Shown here piece by piece: positions 40,385-50,459 of a stretch of DNA of 64,000 nucleotides; within the stretch, counting starts at the first letter, position 1; each line of letters starts with the position of its first letter. Location of the stretch: positions 1,216,001 through 1,280,000 of the forward strand of contig JAXGMI010000001.1 of assembly GCA_040768745.1 (NCBI GenBank), read 5' to 3'. The notes beneath the pieces are model-generated. The model did no database searches. It saw only the letters and a program-made list of their open reading frames with translations, and was not told the DNA's origin. Origin of the DNA: Desulfomicrobium sp. GTDB lineage: Bacteria; Desulfobacterota; Desulfovibrionia; Desulfovibrionales; Desulfomicrobiaceae. The position numbers and the translations under genes were made by a program.

Positions 40385-42445
40385 ATGGGACTCGACAGAA
40401 GAAGCTTTATTTCTTTGGTGACTGGCGGCGTCGTAGGCAGCCTCTTCACTCCCGTGGTTTGGAAATCCCTTGATGACGTGTCCATCTGGACCCAGAATTG
40501 GTCGTGGGTTCCCCGTCTGAACTACGGCGAGGAAGTGAAGGTTCCGGCATTATGCAAGCTGGGTGCCGATGCATACGGCATCAAGGTCAAAACCGTGGCT
40601 GGGAAGCCGGTCGGGGCTGAGGGCAATCCTGACCATCCGCTGAGCCTGGGTGGGATATGCCCCCTGGGCGCAGCCAGTGTGCAACTCCTGTACAGTCCTT
40701 CCAGGGTGAAAAATCCCAAGGTCAAGGACGGTGATAAATTTAAGGATATCAGCTGGGAAGAGGCCGAGAATCTGTTGGTCGAAAAGCTGAAGGCCGCGGG
40801 ATCAAGCGTGGCGATGATCAGCGGTGACGAGACCGGCTCCGTGTCCGACGTGCTGGCAGGCCTCGTAGGCAAGGCCGGCTCAGACAAGGCGTTCTTCATG
40901 CCCGGTGAAAGCGCCCCTGCGGCGGCGGCGCTAGCCATGCTCGGGGGGGATGGCCAGGTCGGCTACGACATTGAAAATGCGAGCCATGTCCTTCTGCTCG
41001 GGGCCGACGCCTTGGGCTCTTGGGGCAATGTGGCCCGGAATGGTCGGGCCTTCTCCGCCAGCCGGGACAAAAAGATCAAGTACGTATATGTCGGACCGGC
41101 CCAGAACGGGACCTCGGCCGTGGGCGATGTCTGGGTGCCATGCAACGCCGGCACAGAGCCCATTCTGGCCCTGGGTTTGGCTTCCGTGATCCTCAAGGAG
41201 GGCCGCGACCGCTCGACCTGGCCTGGCTACGCCAATTTTGCGAAGTTCCTGGAGGCTCACTACAAGCCGGAACAGGTGTCCGCATTGACTGGTGTTTCCG
41301 CCGAAGTGATCAAAGGGCTGGCTTTGGACCTGATCAAGGCCGGTCGCCCGCTGGTATTGGCGGCATCCGAGTCTGGGCAGGGCCTGGGCGCCATGGAGGC
41401 CGTTGCAGGAATGTATGTGAACATGCTCCTGGAGCGGATCAACGTGGTTGGTGGGGTGCGGGTTCTGCCATGGGCCCCGAAAGTCGTGCAGGCCGCAGCG
41501 AGCAAAAAGGCACTCCTCGGCAATGACCTTGCAGCCTTCTTGTCGACTGTGGCGGATGGCGGGTCAGATGCTCCGGCCGTGCTCCTTGTTCACTCCGCCA
41601 ATCCGGCCTACGCCATGCCGAATCTGGCCAAGGCCCAGGCGGCCATCGACAAGGCGGGTTTTGTGGTGTCCTTCAGCCCCTTCATGGACGAGACCGCAAC
41701 CATGGCCGACCTGATCATGCCCGATTGCTACGCGTTCGAGCGTCTGGATGACGCATATTCACCCTATGGCTCGGGTCAGCCCAACTATACGGTCGCCGCG
41801 GCGGTCATCAAGCCCGTATTCGACACCAAGCCGGCCGGCGACGTCCTGCTCTCTGTCGCTGCCAAGGCCGGTCTGGACCTGGGCTTCGAGAAGTTCGAGG
41901 ACGTGGTCAAGGCCAAGGCCGAGGCCCTGGGTGCCGAAATGGATTCCCTGCTGGAAGGCACTCCGTGGATCGGCAAGGAATACCCTGCCCAGGACCTGGC
42001 CCTGTGGACGAAACCCATGCAGGAAATTCCTGTCGCCTCCGCGGATGGCAAGTCCCTGGCCCTGTCTGCGGTGACGCGTTTGAAGATCGGCAGCGCCAAA
42101 ATCGCCACCCCGCCCTTTGGGACCAACGCCATCCGTTTCAACGAGATGTTTGGCAACGACATGTACGTGCTGGTCAACGGGGCCACGGCCAAGAACCTGG
42201 GTCTGAAAAAGGACGACCTGGTCAAGTTGGCAAATGCCGGCGGCGAGTGCAAAGCCAGAGTCGGCATCTTTGAGGGAGTGATGAACGATACCGTGGTGGC
42301 TCCGTTGGGTTTTGGCCACACTGCCTGGGACGGTTTTTCCAGAGGCAAGGGAGATAACGTCTTCAAGCTCTTGACCGCAGAAGTTGAGGCCAAGACCGGT
42401 ATTTCACGGCTTGGCGCGGTTCGGGTCACTGTCAGCAAGGCGTAA
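40385..42445 (+). CDS. qrcB: Qrc complex molybdopterin-oxidoreductase-like subunit
   Basis: Tat-like DRRSF, WKSLDDVSIWTQNW, GNPDHPLSLGGICPLG, FMDETA..ADLIMP. Confidence 0.9.
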   Translation: MGLDRRSFISLVTGGVVGSLFTPVVWKSLDDVSIWTQNWSWVPRLNYGEEVKVPALCKLGADAYGIKVKTVAGKPVGAEGNPDHPLSLGGICPLGAASVQLLYSPSRVKNPKVKDGDKFKDISWEEAENLLVEKLKAAGSSVAMISGDETGSVSDVLAGLVGKAGSDKAFFMPGESAPAAAALAMLGGDGQVGYDIENASHVLLLGADALGSWGNVARNGRAFSASRDKKIKYVYVGPAQNGTSAVGDVWVPCNAGTEPILALGLASVILKEGRDRSTWPGYANFAKFLEAHYKPEQVSALTGVSAEVIKGLALDLIKAGRPLVLAASESGQGLGAMEAVAGMYVNMLLERINVVGGVRVLPWAPKVVQAAASKKALLGNDLAAFLSTVADGGSDAPAVLLVHSANPAYAMPNLAKAQAAIDKAGFVVSFSPFMDETATMADLIMPDCYAFERLDDAYSPYGSGQPNYTVAAAVIKPVFDTKPAGDVLLSVAAKAGLDLGFEKFEDVVKAKAEALGAEMDSLLEGTPWIGKEYPAQDLALWTKPMQEIPVASADGKSLALSAVTRLKIGSAKIATPPFGTNAIRFNEMFGNDMYVLVNGATAKNLGLKKDDLVKLANAGGECKARVGIFEGVMNDTVVAPLGFGHTAWDGFSRGKGDNVFKLLTAEVEAKTGISRLGAVRVTVSKA

Positions 42446-42485
42446 CGTTTCTTGAGCACCTGGAGAAAAGAAGAGGATACCCACA

Positions 42486-43256
42486 ATGCAAGCAAAAGAA
42501 TTCAAGGTGAAATGGGGCATGGTCATTGACCTTGACAAGTGCACCGGCTGCGGCGCCTGCGCCGTGGCCTGCAAGGCGGAGAACAACCTGCCCCCGGAAG
42601 TCGACGCGTCCAACAAGCTGCGGACCACCGACTGGATGAACATATATGAGCTGTCAAACGAGAAACCCTTTCCCGAACACCAGGTCGCCTATCTGCCCAG
42701 GCCGTGCATGCAGTGCGGCAAGCCATCCTGCTCCACGGTCTGTCCCGTGGTGGCGACCTTGAAGGACGAAGAGGGCGGCATCGTCAGCCAGATCTATCCC
42801 CGTTGTATCGGGTGCCGGTACTGTATGGCGGCCTGTCCGTATCATGCCCGTTATTTCAACTGGTTTGATCCGATCTGGCCCGAGGGTATGGAAAAGACCT
42901 TGACCCCGTATGTTTCGGCACGTCCACGTGGCGTGGTGGAGAAGTGTACATTCTGCCATCATCGTTTCAACGCAGCCAAGGAACAGGCGCGCATGAACGG
43001 AGAAAACCCGACGGAGCTGCCAGAGAATGCGTATATCCCGGCGTGCGCGGAGATCTGCCCGACCGGAGCCATCAAATTCGGCAACCTCAACAATCCCGAG
43101 CACGAAGTTAGCAAGCTGGCCGCGTCCAAGAACGCTTTCCGCCTGCTGGCCAAGCTCGGCACCGACCCGCAGGTGTACTACTACTCCAAGCGTGAATGGG
43201 TGCGCAAACTCGGGGACAACTACCTGAAGAACGCGAAGGGGGGAGAACATGTCTGA
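42486..43256 (+). CDS. qrcC: Qrc complex Fe-S subunit
   Basis: WGMVIDLDKCTGCGACAVAC, CMQCGKPSC..VCP, CIGCRYCMAACPY, EKCTFC...C.EICP. Confidence 0.92.
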   Translation: MQAKEFKVKWGMVIDLDKCTGCGACAVACKAENNLPPEVDASNKLRTTDWMNIYELSNEKPFPEHQVAYLPRPCMQCGKPSCSTVCPVVATLKDEEGGIVSQIYPRCIGCRYCMAACPYHARYFNWFDPIWPEGMEKTLTPYVSARPRGVVEKCTFCHHRFNAAKEQARMNGENPTELPENAYIPACAEICPTGAIKFGNLNNPEHEVSKLAASKNAFRLLAKLGTDPQVYYYSKREWVRKLGDNYLKNAKGGEHV

Positions 43257-44484
43257 TAGAGCGTACTGGCCCGAAGGGGTGGAACGGTGTTCTGTTGGAA
43301 AGTTCCTGGCCTGGCTGGGCGTGATCAGTATCTTCCTCGCCTGGGGCGGATACGGGGCGTTCAAGGTCCTGGGAACCGGTATCGGCGTGACGGGTCTGGA
43401 CAACTATTTCGGGTTCGGCCTGTGGATCACCTTTGACTTGGCGGTCATCGCCCTGGGCGCCGGAGCCTTTTTCTCCGGCTTCCTGCGTTACATCATCCGC
43501 ATCGATGAGCTGAAAAACATCATCAACCTGGCGGTCATTGTCGGATTCCTGTGCTATTCCGGCGCCATGCTCGTCCTGGTGCTCGACGTCGGGCAGCCCC
43601 TGCGGGCCTGGTTCGGCTACTGGCACCCCAACGTCCATTCCATGCTGACGGAAGTCATCTTCTGTATCACCTGTTACTTGACCGTCCTGATCATCGAGTA
43701 CGTGCCGATCATCCTGGAAAACCGCAAGATCAACGAGAACAAGTTCTGCCACCACCTGGCCCACAACTTCCATGTGTACATGCCGCTCTTCGCCGGCATC
43801 GGCACTTTCCTGTCCTTCTTCCATCAGGGTTCCCTGGGCGGTATGTACGGTGTGCTCTTCGGCCGCCCGTTCGTGTATCGCGAAGGCTTCTTCATCTGGC
43901 CCTGGACGTTCTTCCTGTTCATCTCCTCGGCCATCGCCACGGGCCCCGGCTTCACCATGCTCTGTGCCACGCTGATGGAAACCATCACCGGCCGCAAACT
44001 GGTCAGTTACGAAACCAAGAAGCTCATGGGCAAGATTTCCGGTCTGCTCCTGTGCTTTTACATGTTCTTCAAGATTCTGGACACGTATGCCTGGGCCAAG
44101 GGCATCCTGCCCGGCATGGGTCTGACCTTCGAGCAGATGTACAACAGCGAGTACGGCTATGGCATCGGTTTGCTGTGGGCTGAACTGGTTGTGTGCGGGC
44201 TGCTGCCAGCCCTCATGCTCATCCTGCCCGCGGTGCGCAACCGTCCGGCGCTGATGTACATTGCCGCGGTCCTGGCAGCCATCGGCGTGACCATCAACCG
44301 GTTCGTCTTCACGGTGCAAGGCCTGGCCATCCCGGTCATGCCCTTTGACCGCTGGACCTCCTACATGCCCAACTGGGCCGAGTGGTCCACATCCCTCATG
44401 ATCGTGGCCTACGGATTCCTGGTCATGAGCCTGTCCTACCGCTACCTGCCGATCTTCCCTCAGGAAGTGAAGCTGAACAAGTAG
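43249..44484 (+). CDS. qrcD: Qrc complex NrfD/PsrC family membrane subunit
   Basis: GLWITFDLAVIALGAGAFF, DVGQPLRAWF, HSMLTEVIFC, FHQGSLGG. Confidence 0.92.
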   Translation: MSDRAYWPEGVERCSVGKFLAWLGVISIFLAWGGYGAFKVLGTGIGVTGLDNYFGFGLWITFDLAVIALGAGAFFSGFLRYIIRIDELKNIINLAVIVGFLCYSGAMLVLVLDVGQPLRAWFGYWHPNVHSMLTEVIFCITCYLTVLIIEYVPIILENRKINENKFCHHLAHNFHVYMPLFAGIGTFLSFFHQGSLGGMYGVLFGRPFVYREGFFIWPWTFFLFISSAIATGPGFTMLCATLMETITGRKLVSYETKKLMGKISGLLLCFYMFFKILDTYAWAKGILPGMGLTFEQMYNSEYGYGIGLLWAELVVCGLLPALMLILPAVRNRPALMYIAAVLAAIGVTINRFVFTVQGLAIPVMPFDRWTSYMPNWAEWSTSLMIVAYGFLVMSLSYRYLPIFPQEVKLNK

Positions 44485-44500
44485 GGTGCGTGCGCTCCCC

Positions 44501-44530
44501 ACAAAAAAGGCCCTGCGGGGCCTTTTTTGT
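44501..44530. terminator. Rho-independent terminator after qrcD
   Basis: ACAAAAAAGGCCC-TGCG-GGGCCTTTTTTGT. Confidence 0.85.
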
Positions 44531-44655
44531 TCCCCTTTCGTAAAGGGGTTCCGTGTTGTCGCGGATACGGGATGATCGAGAAGGGCATTGCGCCAAGCAT
44601 AACAAAAGGATGAACAAGCGTCGTGGGATCTGATGTGCGGGAGGCGCGGGGCGAT

Positions 44656-45846
44656 ATGAGCACAGTCCTGTCGGCTTCCATTCTCAAGTTGAACGTGTTC
44701 GCGGCCCTGAAGATGACCCTTTTCCCCATGGCCGTGATCACCATCTTCTGGAAGGACCGGATCGGTCTGTCCCTTACCGAGATACTGATGCTGCAGGCCT
44801 TTTTTTCGGCAGCCAGCGTGGTCATGGAGTACCCTTCCGGGTATGTCAGCGACAGACTGGGATATCGCCGCGCTTTGATTGTGGCCTGTATCCTCGGCAT
44901 CCTCGGGTGGGGCTGGTATCTTGTGGCGACCTCGTTTTGGGGGGTCTTGGGAGCTGAATTGCTTTTGGGCGTGTCCTATGCATTCATCAGCGGTTCGGAT
45001 ACGGCCTTGCTCTTTGAGATCCTGCAGGCCGAGAACCGTGTTGAGCTCTACACCCGTTGCGACGGTCGGATGGTGAGCTGGGCCCAGGGTGGGGAGGCTG
45101 CCGGGGCCCTCGCTGCAGGGATCATGTACAGCACATCCCCCCTCCTGCCTTTTGTGGCCCAGACCGGCGTATGGGTGCTGGCCCTTGGCCTGTGCCTGAC
45201 TCTGCACGAGCCCCGGGCCAAGACCTTGAGGCCGGTCACATCCCATCTTTCCGAGGCCCTGGGCGTATGCAGGTACGCCCTGCGCGAAAATTCGGGCATC
45301 CGCTCGACCATGCTGCATGGCATGCTTCTGGGGCTGGCCTCGTTTTACCTGGTCTGGCTCATCCAACCGTACATGCAGTACTGTGGAGTGCCCCTGGACT
45401 GGTTCGGCCCGGCATGGGCCGGGGCCAATCTGGTGGTGGCCCTGGCAGCGGCAAACAGCCATCGGGTGCAGTCCTGCCTGGGCCTGGCAGGCATGAACAT
45501 CCTTTTTTTCGTCCTTGTCGTTACGGCCTATGCTGGCCTGGGGCTGACTGCGGCGCCAGGCGGGTTCCTCTTTTACTATCTGCTGACGGCCATGCGCGGG
45601 CTGCAGGGGCCTCTCATGCGCGCCCGCCTGCAGAACGCCAGCGAGCGCAGCAACAGGGCAAGCATCCTGTCCCTGCACAGCCTGCTTTTCCGTCTTGGTT
45701 TTGTCCTGACCGGCCCCTTGGTGGGCGGTCTTGCTGATGGCCAGGGGCTTCCCGTCACCTTTTTCGTTGTGGGCGGCCTGTTTGCCGTTATCCTCCCGGT
45801 CAGCGGGAGGGTATTTGTGCGTCACAATGCATCTGCCAGCGGCTGA
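44656..45846 (+). CDS. MFS transporter
   Basis: EYPSGYVSDRLGYRRAL (motif A), AFISGSDTALLFE; about 12 TM. Confidence 0.88.
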   Translation: MSTVLSASILKLNVFAALKMTLFPMAVITIFWKDRIGLSLTEILMLQAFFSAASVVMEYPSGYVSDRLGYRRALIVACILGILGWGWYLVATSFWGVLGAELLLGVSYAFISGSDTALLFEILQAENRVELYTRCDGRMVSWAQGGEAAGALAAGIMYSTSPLLPFVAQTGVWVLALGLCLTLHEPRAKTLRPVTSHLSEALGVCRYALRENSGIRSTMLHGMLLGLASFYLVWLIQPYMQYCGVPLDWFGPAWAGANLVVALAAANSHRVQSCLGLAGMNILFFVLVVTAYAGLGLTAAPGGFLFYYLLTAMRGLQGPLMRARLQNASERSNRASILSLHSLLFRLGFVLTGPLVGGLADGQGLPVTFFVVGGLFAVILPVSGRVFVRHNASASG

Positions 45847-45924
45847 AAAGGCTGTTTTCACCCTGTGAGCAGACCTGTGGAAAAGGTTTTGGTTGCGGCA
45901 GGGCTTGCGTTGCATTATACAGCT

Positions 45925-46080
45925 TATGTTCTGCATAACACCTTCGGGTGTAAGGGAATCCGGTGCAAGCCCGGAACGGTCCCGCCGCTGTGACCCTGCA
46001 CATGCCGCGCATCACATGCCACTGCCGATTCCGGTGGGAAGGCGATGTGTGGCGGGGGAGTCAGAAAACCTGCCTGAAGC
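45925..46080 (+). ncRNA. Cobalamin (AdoCbl) riboswitch
   Basis: AAGGGAATCCGGTGCAAGCCCGGAACGGTCCCGCCGCTGTGA...GCCACTG...GGGAAGGC...GAGTCAGAAAACCTGCC (B12 box). Preceded by TTGCGG-17-TATACA at 45893-45921. Ends are approximate. Confidence 0.9.
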
Positions 46081-46149
46081 ATTTCTCGTAACCCTCTGCA
46101 CGCGGATGCAGGGTGTTGGGACATTCACCAATCATCACGTTGAGAACTC

Positions 46150-46773
46150 ATGGCTGACACGACCCCGGCCTGGGAGCGCGTGCGCGGCATTGTCCCGGTA
46201 AGTCTTTGCGACTGGCCGGGAAAGATCGTGTGCGTCCTTTTTGCCGGAGGATGCAACCTGCGCTGCCCGACATGCCACAATCCGACCCTGGCCTGGAACT
46301 GGCAGATGCTGCCGACCCTTGGCCGCGATGGAGTGTTGACTGACTTGCGTCGCCGCAGGCGCTGGCTGGACGGACTCACCCTATCGGGAGGCGAGCCGAC
46401 AGCTTTGGAAGGGCTGGAGGAGCTGCTGAACGATCTGGCCGCAGCCGGTCTGCCCATCAAACTGGATACCAACGGCTCTGCTCCGGCGGTGTTGGAGCGG
46501 TTGTTGCGTGCCGGCCTGGTCCAGACCCTGGCCGTGGACGTGAAAGGTCCGTGGGAGTTGTACCCGGACTTAACCGGCCAGACAATGTCGGCCATGGATG
46601 CGTTGGGCCGCCTGGAGCAGATCTTCGAGTTGGCCCGGGAGTTTCCGGATCGGATTTACTTCCGCTGCACCAAGGTGCCGCGCCTTTCGGAAGCCGACCT
46701 TGTCCGGACCAGGGCCCAGGTCCCGTCGGATCTGCCCCTTGTGTTTCAGGATTTCGTTCCGGCGATGACGTGA
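46150..46773 (+). CDS. nrdG: Anaerobic ribonucleotide reductase activating enzyme (radical SAM)
   Basis: SLCDWPG...GCNLRCPTCHN (CxxxCxxC), SGGEPT, KLDTNGS, DVKGP. Confidence 0.9.
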   Translation: MADTTPAWERVRGIVPVSLCDWPGKIVCVLFAGGCNLRCPTCHNPTLAWNWQMLPTLGRDGVLTDLRRRRRWLDGLTLSGGEPTALEGLEELLNDLAAAGLPIKLDTNGSAPAVLERLLRAGLVQTLAVDVKGPWELYPDLTGQTMSAMDALGRLEQIFELAREFPDRIYFRCTKVPRLSEADLVRTRAQVPSDLPLVFQDFVPAMT

Positions 46774-46815
46774 TTTTTCGTGAACCCAGTACTGCCGACC
46801 AAAATTGGAGAATAC

Positions 46816-48876
46816 ATGCCTCAGCATATTGTCAAACGTGATGGCCGGATCGAAACGTGGTCTTTGGACCGCATCACCCAGGCAATCCTGAAGTCTCTCA
46901 ACGCGAGCGGAATCAAGGATCCCCTCCTGGCCAAGCGTCTTGCCGGCAAGGTCGAAGCCAAGCTGGAGGGTCTGTCCAGCCCTGAGCAGGAAATGGTCCA
47001 GGATACGGTTGAGCAGGTTTTGATGGAGTCCCGGCTCTACCATGTGGCCCGGCGTTACATCGTCTATCGCGAGAAGAGGCGTCAGATCCGCAGTCAGACC
47101 GAGACATTTCTGGATGTGACCGAGACCATCGACAGCTACCTGAACAAATCCGACTGGCGGGTCAGTGAAAACGCCAACATGGCCCACTCGTTTCAGGGGC
47201 TCATGCTGCATCTGTCTGGGTCTGTGCAGGCCAGATACACCTTGGAAAAATATCCGGAGGAAATCCGGCAGGCCCATGAGCACGGCTATTTTCATATTCA
47301 TGACTTGTCCTTTGGCCTGGCCGGATACTGCGCTGGCTGGTCTCTGCGCGACCTGTTGCTGGAAGGCTTCAACCTGGAGGGCCGCTGCTCGTCCGGGCCT
47401 CCGCGTCATTTCGACGCAGCCATGGGCCAGATGGTCAATTTTCTTGGCACGTTGCAAAATGAATGGGCCGGGGCCCAGGCGTTCAACAACGTGGACACCT
47501 ACCTCGCCCCATTCGTCCGTCACGATGGGCTGAGTTACGACGAGGTCAAGCAGGCCATGCAGAAGTTCGTGTTCAACCTGAACACGACCTCGCGTTGGGG
47601 TGGACAAAGTCCTTTCACCAACCTGACTTTCGATCTGACCCCGCCGGCCCATATCGCCGCCGAGGCGGTCATTATTGGCGGCAGCCTCCAGGACAGCACG
47701 TACGGCGAGTTCACGGCAGAAATGGAGATGATCAATCGGGCCTTTCTGGAAGTCATGCTCAAGGGTGACTACCACGGACGGATTTTTTCCTTTCCCATCC
47801 CGACCTACAACGTGACCCCGGATTTTCCCTGGGAATCCGAGGTGGGCGAACTTTTGTTGAGGCTCACGGCCAAGTATGGGGCACCCTATTTCCAGAATTT
47901 CATCAATTCAGACCTGAAACCCGAAGATGTGCGGTCCATGTGCTGCCGTTTGCAGATGGATCTGCGGGAACTCAGGAAGCGCACGGGCGGGCTGTTCGGA
48001 GCAGGCGATCTGACCGGATCCATCGGGGTGGTGACCTTGAACCTGCCCAAGCTGGCCTATCTGGCCCAGGGCGAGGAGGATTTTCTGGATCTGGTCGGAG
48101 AATACGCCGGCCTGGCCAAGGATTCCCTGGAGTTCAAGCGCAAGATGGTGGTGGACAACATGGACAAGGGCATGTTCCCTTTTTCCCAGAGGTACCTGAA
48201 AAGCGGCTTCCGCAACCACTTCAGTACAATCGGGTTGCTGGGTGGCCACGAGGCGTGTCTGAACCTGCTGGGCAAGGGCATAGACACCGAGGCCGGGATC
48301 CGGCTCATGATCCGAACCCTTGATTACCTGCGGGGACTGACCGCACATTTCCAGGAAGAAACCGGCAACCTCTACAATCTGGAGGCCACTCCTGCCGAGG
48401 GAACCAGTTACCGTCTGGCCAAGATAGACAAGAAGCTCTACGCCGACATCCAGGTTTCGGGCAACGGTGTCCCGTACTACACCAATTCTACCCTGCTGCC
48501 CGTGGGGCACACGGCCGATGTGTTCACGGCCCTGGAGCATCAGAACAGGCTTCAGCCGCTGTACACGGGCGGCACGGTGTTCCACAGCTTTCTGGGCGAG
48601 TCGGTGCCGGATGTCGCGGCCCTGCGCAGCTTCATTGTCAGGGCGCTGAGCGAAACAAAGATACCCTATATCTCCATCACCCCGACGTTTTCGGTGTGCA
48701 AGGATCATGGGTACTTGACCGGGGAGCAGTCCACGTGCCCGCGGTGCGGTCAGGAGACCGAAGTCTACACGCGGGTTGTGGGTTACTACCGGCCGGTGAA
48801 GATGTGGAACAAGGGCAAGCAGGCAGAGTACAAGGACCGGGTCGAATATTCCCCGTCCTCGTGCTTCAGGACGTAA
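46816..48876 (+). CDS. nrdD: Class III anaerobic ribonucleoside-triphosphate reductase with ATP cone
   Basis: IVKRDGR ATP cone, HIHDL, GYC, SMCCRL finger loop, EATPAEG, C..H...CPRC zinc site, RVVGYY glycyl-radical motif. Confidence 0.95.
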   Translation: MPQHIVKRDGRIETWSLDRITQAILKSLNASGIKDPLLAKRLAGKVEAKLEGLSSPEQEMVQDTVEQVLMESRLYHVARRYIVYREKRRQIRSQTETFLDVTETIDSYLNKSDWRVSENANMAHSFQGLMLHLSGSVQARYTLEKYPEEIRQAHEHGYFHIHDLSFGLAGYCAGWSLRDLLLEGFNLEGRCSSGPPRHFDAAMGQMVNFLGTLQNEWAGAQAFNNVDTYLAPFVRHDGLSYDEVKQAMQKFVFNLNTTSRWGGQSPFTNLTFDLTPPAHIAAEAVIIGGSLQDSTYGEFTAEMEMINRAFLEVMLKGDYHGRIFSFPIPTYNVTPDFPWESEVGELLLRLTAKYGAPYFQNFINSDLKPEDVRSMCCRLQMDLRELRKRTGGLFGAGDLTGSIGVVTLNLPKLAYLAQGEEDFLDLVGEYAGLAKDSLEFKRKMVVDNMDKGMFPFSQRYLKSGFRNHFSTIGLLGGHEACLNLLGKGIDTEAGIRLMIRTLDYLRGLTAHFQEETGNLYNLEATPAEGTSYRLAKIDKKLYADIQVSGNGVPYYTNSTLLPVGHTADVFTALEHQNRLQPLYTGGTVFHSFLGESVPDVAALRSFIVRALSETKIPYISITPTFSVCKDHGYLTGEQSTCPRCGQETEVYTRVVGYYRPVKMWNKGKQAEYKDRVEYSPSSCFRT

Positions 48877-49023
48877 GGTCGCTCACTATCCGGGAATCAG
48901 ATATCAATGAACGGCCGGGCTGGGTTGCAGTCCGGCCGTTTCGCGTTTTCATCCGCCCTGCCGCGGTGCGTCAGCCGTGCTGCTCAAGGATGCCGAAGGC
49001 AGGTGGTGCGGGAAATCGTCTGG

Positions 49024-49737
49024 TCACTTGTTAACCAGCGAGAATTTTTTGAGCTGCACGGCGCCCGGCGGGGGTTGCTCCACATAATGCGGCCACTGGG
49101 CGCTCTCGACATAAAAGATGCTCGAATCCCGATACAGGTAGGAGCCCTGGTAGGTGAAGGAGGAGTTGACCTGGATTTCGCCGTCAGGAGTCTGGGCCGA
49201 GAATTGGCCACTTTCCTCGGCGACCAGGGGGAGGGGCCGATAGGCACCCTGGTCGTCCTTGAGCTGCCTGAATCCTGGCTCCAGGGACATCCGCACACCC
49301 TCCGCGGTCTTGGTCAGGGTGCGGGCATGGGCGAGAAAATTGACATTGACCTCCAGGATAATCGCCCCTTCAGGGGAGGGGGCTGTTGGCACACCGTACG
49401 CCACGAGGTGGGTGAGCAGGGACTCCCGCAGGGCCTTTGCAAAGGGCGTATGGCCAGCTTGAGGGACAAAGACCGCAACCCCGCCCTGGGGGAAAAAATG
49501 CCCCAACGCTTTGCTGCCGTGTTCGGCCACCTTGGCGGCCAGGTTGTCCCAATGCTGCAGGGCCTGCATCTTGGGTTGGGTGCTGAGCAGGTATCCGGTG
49601 GGGACAGGTACCTGGGCTGTGGCCATCAGGCGCGCATTGCTTGAGTCCGTCCGCAGGGACGAACACCCGACCAGGGCGTTATGAACCAGCAGGACCAGCA
49701 GGATCATGGGCGTGAAGAACTTGGTGTCTTTGTTCAT
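49024..49737 (-). CDS. Hypothetical lipoprotein
   Basis: Signal peptide with lipobox LVGC; QPKMQALQHWD.LA motif. Divergent from a FlgO-like gene. Confidence 0.65.
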   Translation of the reverse strand: MNKDTKFFTPMILLVLLVHNALVGCSSLRTDSSNARLMATAQVPVPTGYLLSTQPKMQALQHWDNLAAKVAEHGSKALGHFFPQGGVAVFVPQAGHTPFAKALRESLLTHLVAYGVPTAPSPEGAIILEVNVNFLAHARTLTKTAEGVRMSLEPGFRQLKDDQGAYRPLPLVAEESGQFSAQTPDGEIQVNSSFTYQGSYLYRDSSIFYVESAQWPHYVEQPPPGAVQLKKFSLVNK

Positions 49738-49783
49738 GCTGAAGGAATCGGCGAAAACGGGAAAAACTTTAGACGCAGCGGGT

Positions 49784-49799
49784 TGGCACAGGGTGTGCT
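49784..49799 (+). promoter_or_regulatory. Sigma54 promoter
   Basis: TGGCAC-AGGGT-GTGCT with correct GG-N10-GC spacing, about 40 bp upstream of ATG 49841. Confidence 0.6.
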
Positions 49800-49840
49800 T
49801 TGCAAGTGCCGGATGTCATTTTTTTGCCGGAGGGTCCATC

Positions 49841-50413
49841 ATGCCCAAATTCTTTGCCGCTATTTTTCTCGTCATCCTGGCCGCATGCACGTCTTTGACG
49901 GGCATCACCCCGGCTGATTCAGGGAACAGTGAACCCAACCTGATGGAGGTGTCCTACAAAGCCGCCGACCATCTGCACGGGCAACTGGCCGGCAGCGGGG
50001 TGGCCGCATATCCCATGCTGGCAGCTGCGTTTGTCGATTCGGCCGATGTCGGGATCACCAATGATGCAGGTCGCCTCATTTCGGAACAGATCGCCTCACG
50101 TTTGAGCCAGCTCGGCTATTCACTGGCCGAAGTCCAACTGCGGGCGGATCAGCTGGCCGTGCTGCCCGGGGGTGGGGTCTTTGCCCTGTCCAGGGATCTG
50201 ACCCGGATCAATGCCGACGCATACGCCTATTCCATCCTGCTCGGGACGTATACGGTCGTTGGCCGCCAGATTTACTTCAATGCCAGGGTGTTGCGGACCA
50301 GCGATGGCGTGGCTCTGGCCTCGTCTGACTTTTCCCTGCCGTATGTCCGCCTGCCCCGCTCTGCGCGCGGGAGTGTCGTCGCCCTGCCGTCGGTCGGTAC
50401 CCGGCTGGAATGA
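49841..50413 (+). CDS. FlgO family outer-membrane lipoprotein
   Basis: Lipobox LAAC; GRLISEQIASRLSQLG...FALSRD...ILLGTY...NARVL...G..LAS. Confidence 0.7.
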   Translation: MPKFFAAIFLVILAACTSLTGITPADSGNSEPNLMEVSYKAADHLHGQLAGSGVAAYPMLAAAFVDSADVGITNDAGRLISEQIASRLSQLGYSLAEVQLRADQLAVLPGGGVFALSRDLTRINADAYAYSILLGTYTVVGRQIYFNARVLRTSDGVALASSDFSLPYVRLPRSARGSVVALPSVGTRLE

Positions 50414-50459
50414 TTTTTTGAGTTGGAGGTCCCTTTCGGGCTTGTTTTTAAGTCTCCCA

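Noticed and set aside
40385..42445. Stand-alone molybdoenzyme such as a formate dehydrogenase or polysulfide reductase
   Set aside because: The context (pentaheme cytochrome, FeS subunit, NrfD) and the incomplete N-terminal Cys motif fit QrcB, which lacks a Mo cofactor.
43108..45936. 942-aa minus-strand ORF and other long antisense ORFs (11649-13862, 13745-16180, 24343-26493, 56802-58199)
   Set aside because: Shadow frames opposite well-supported high-GC genes, with no recognisable motifs.
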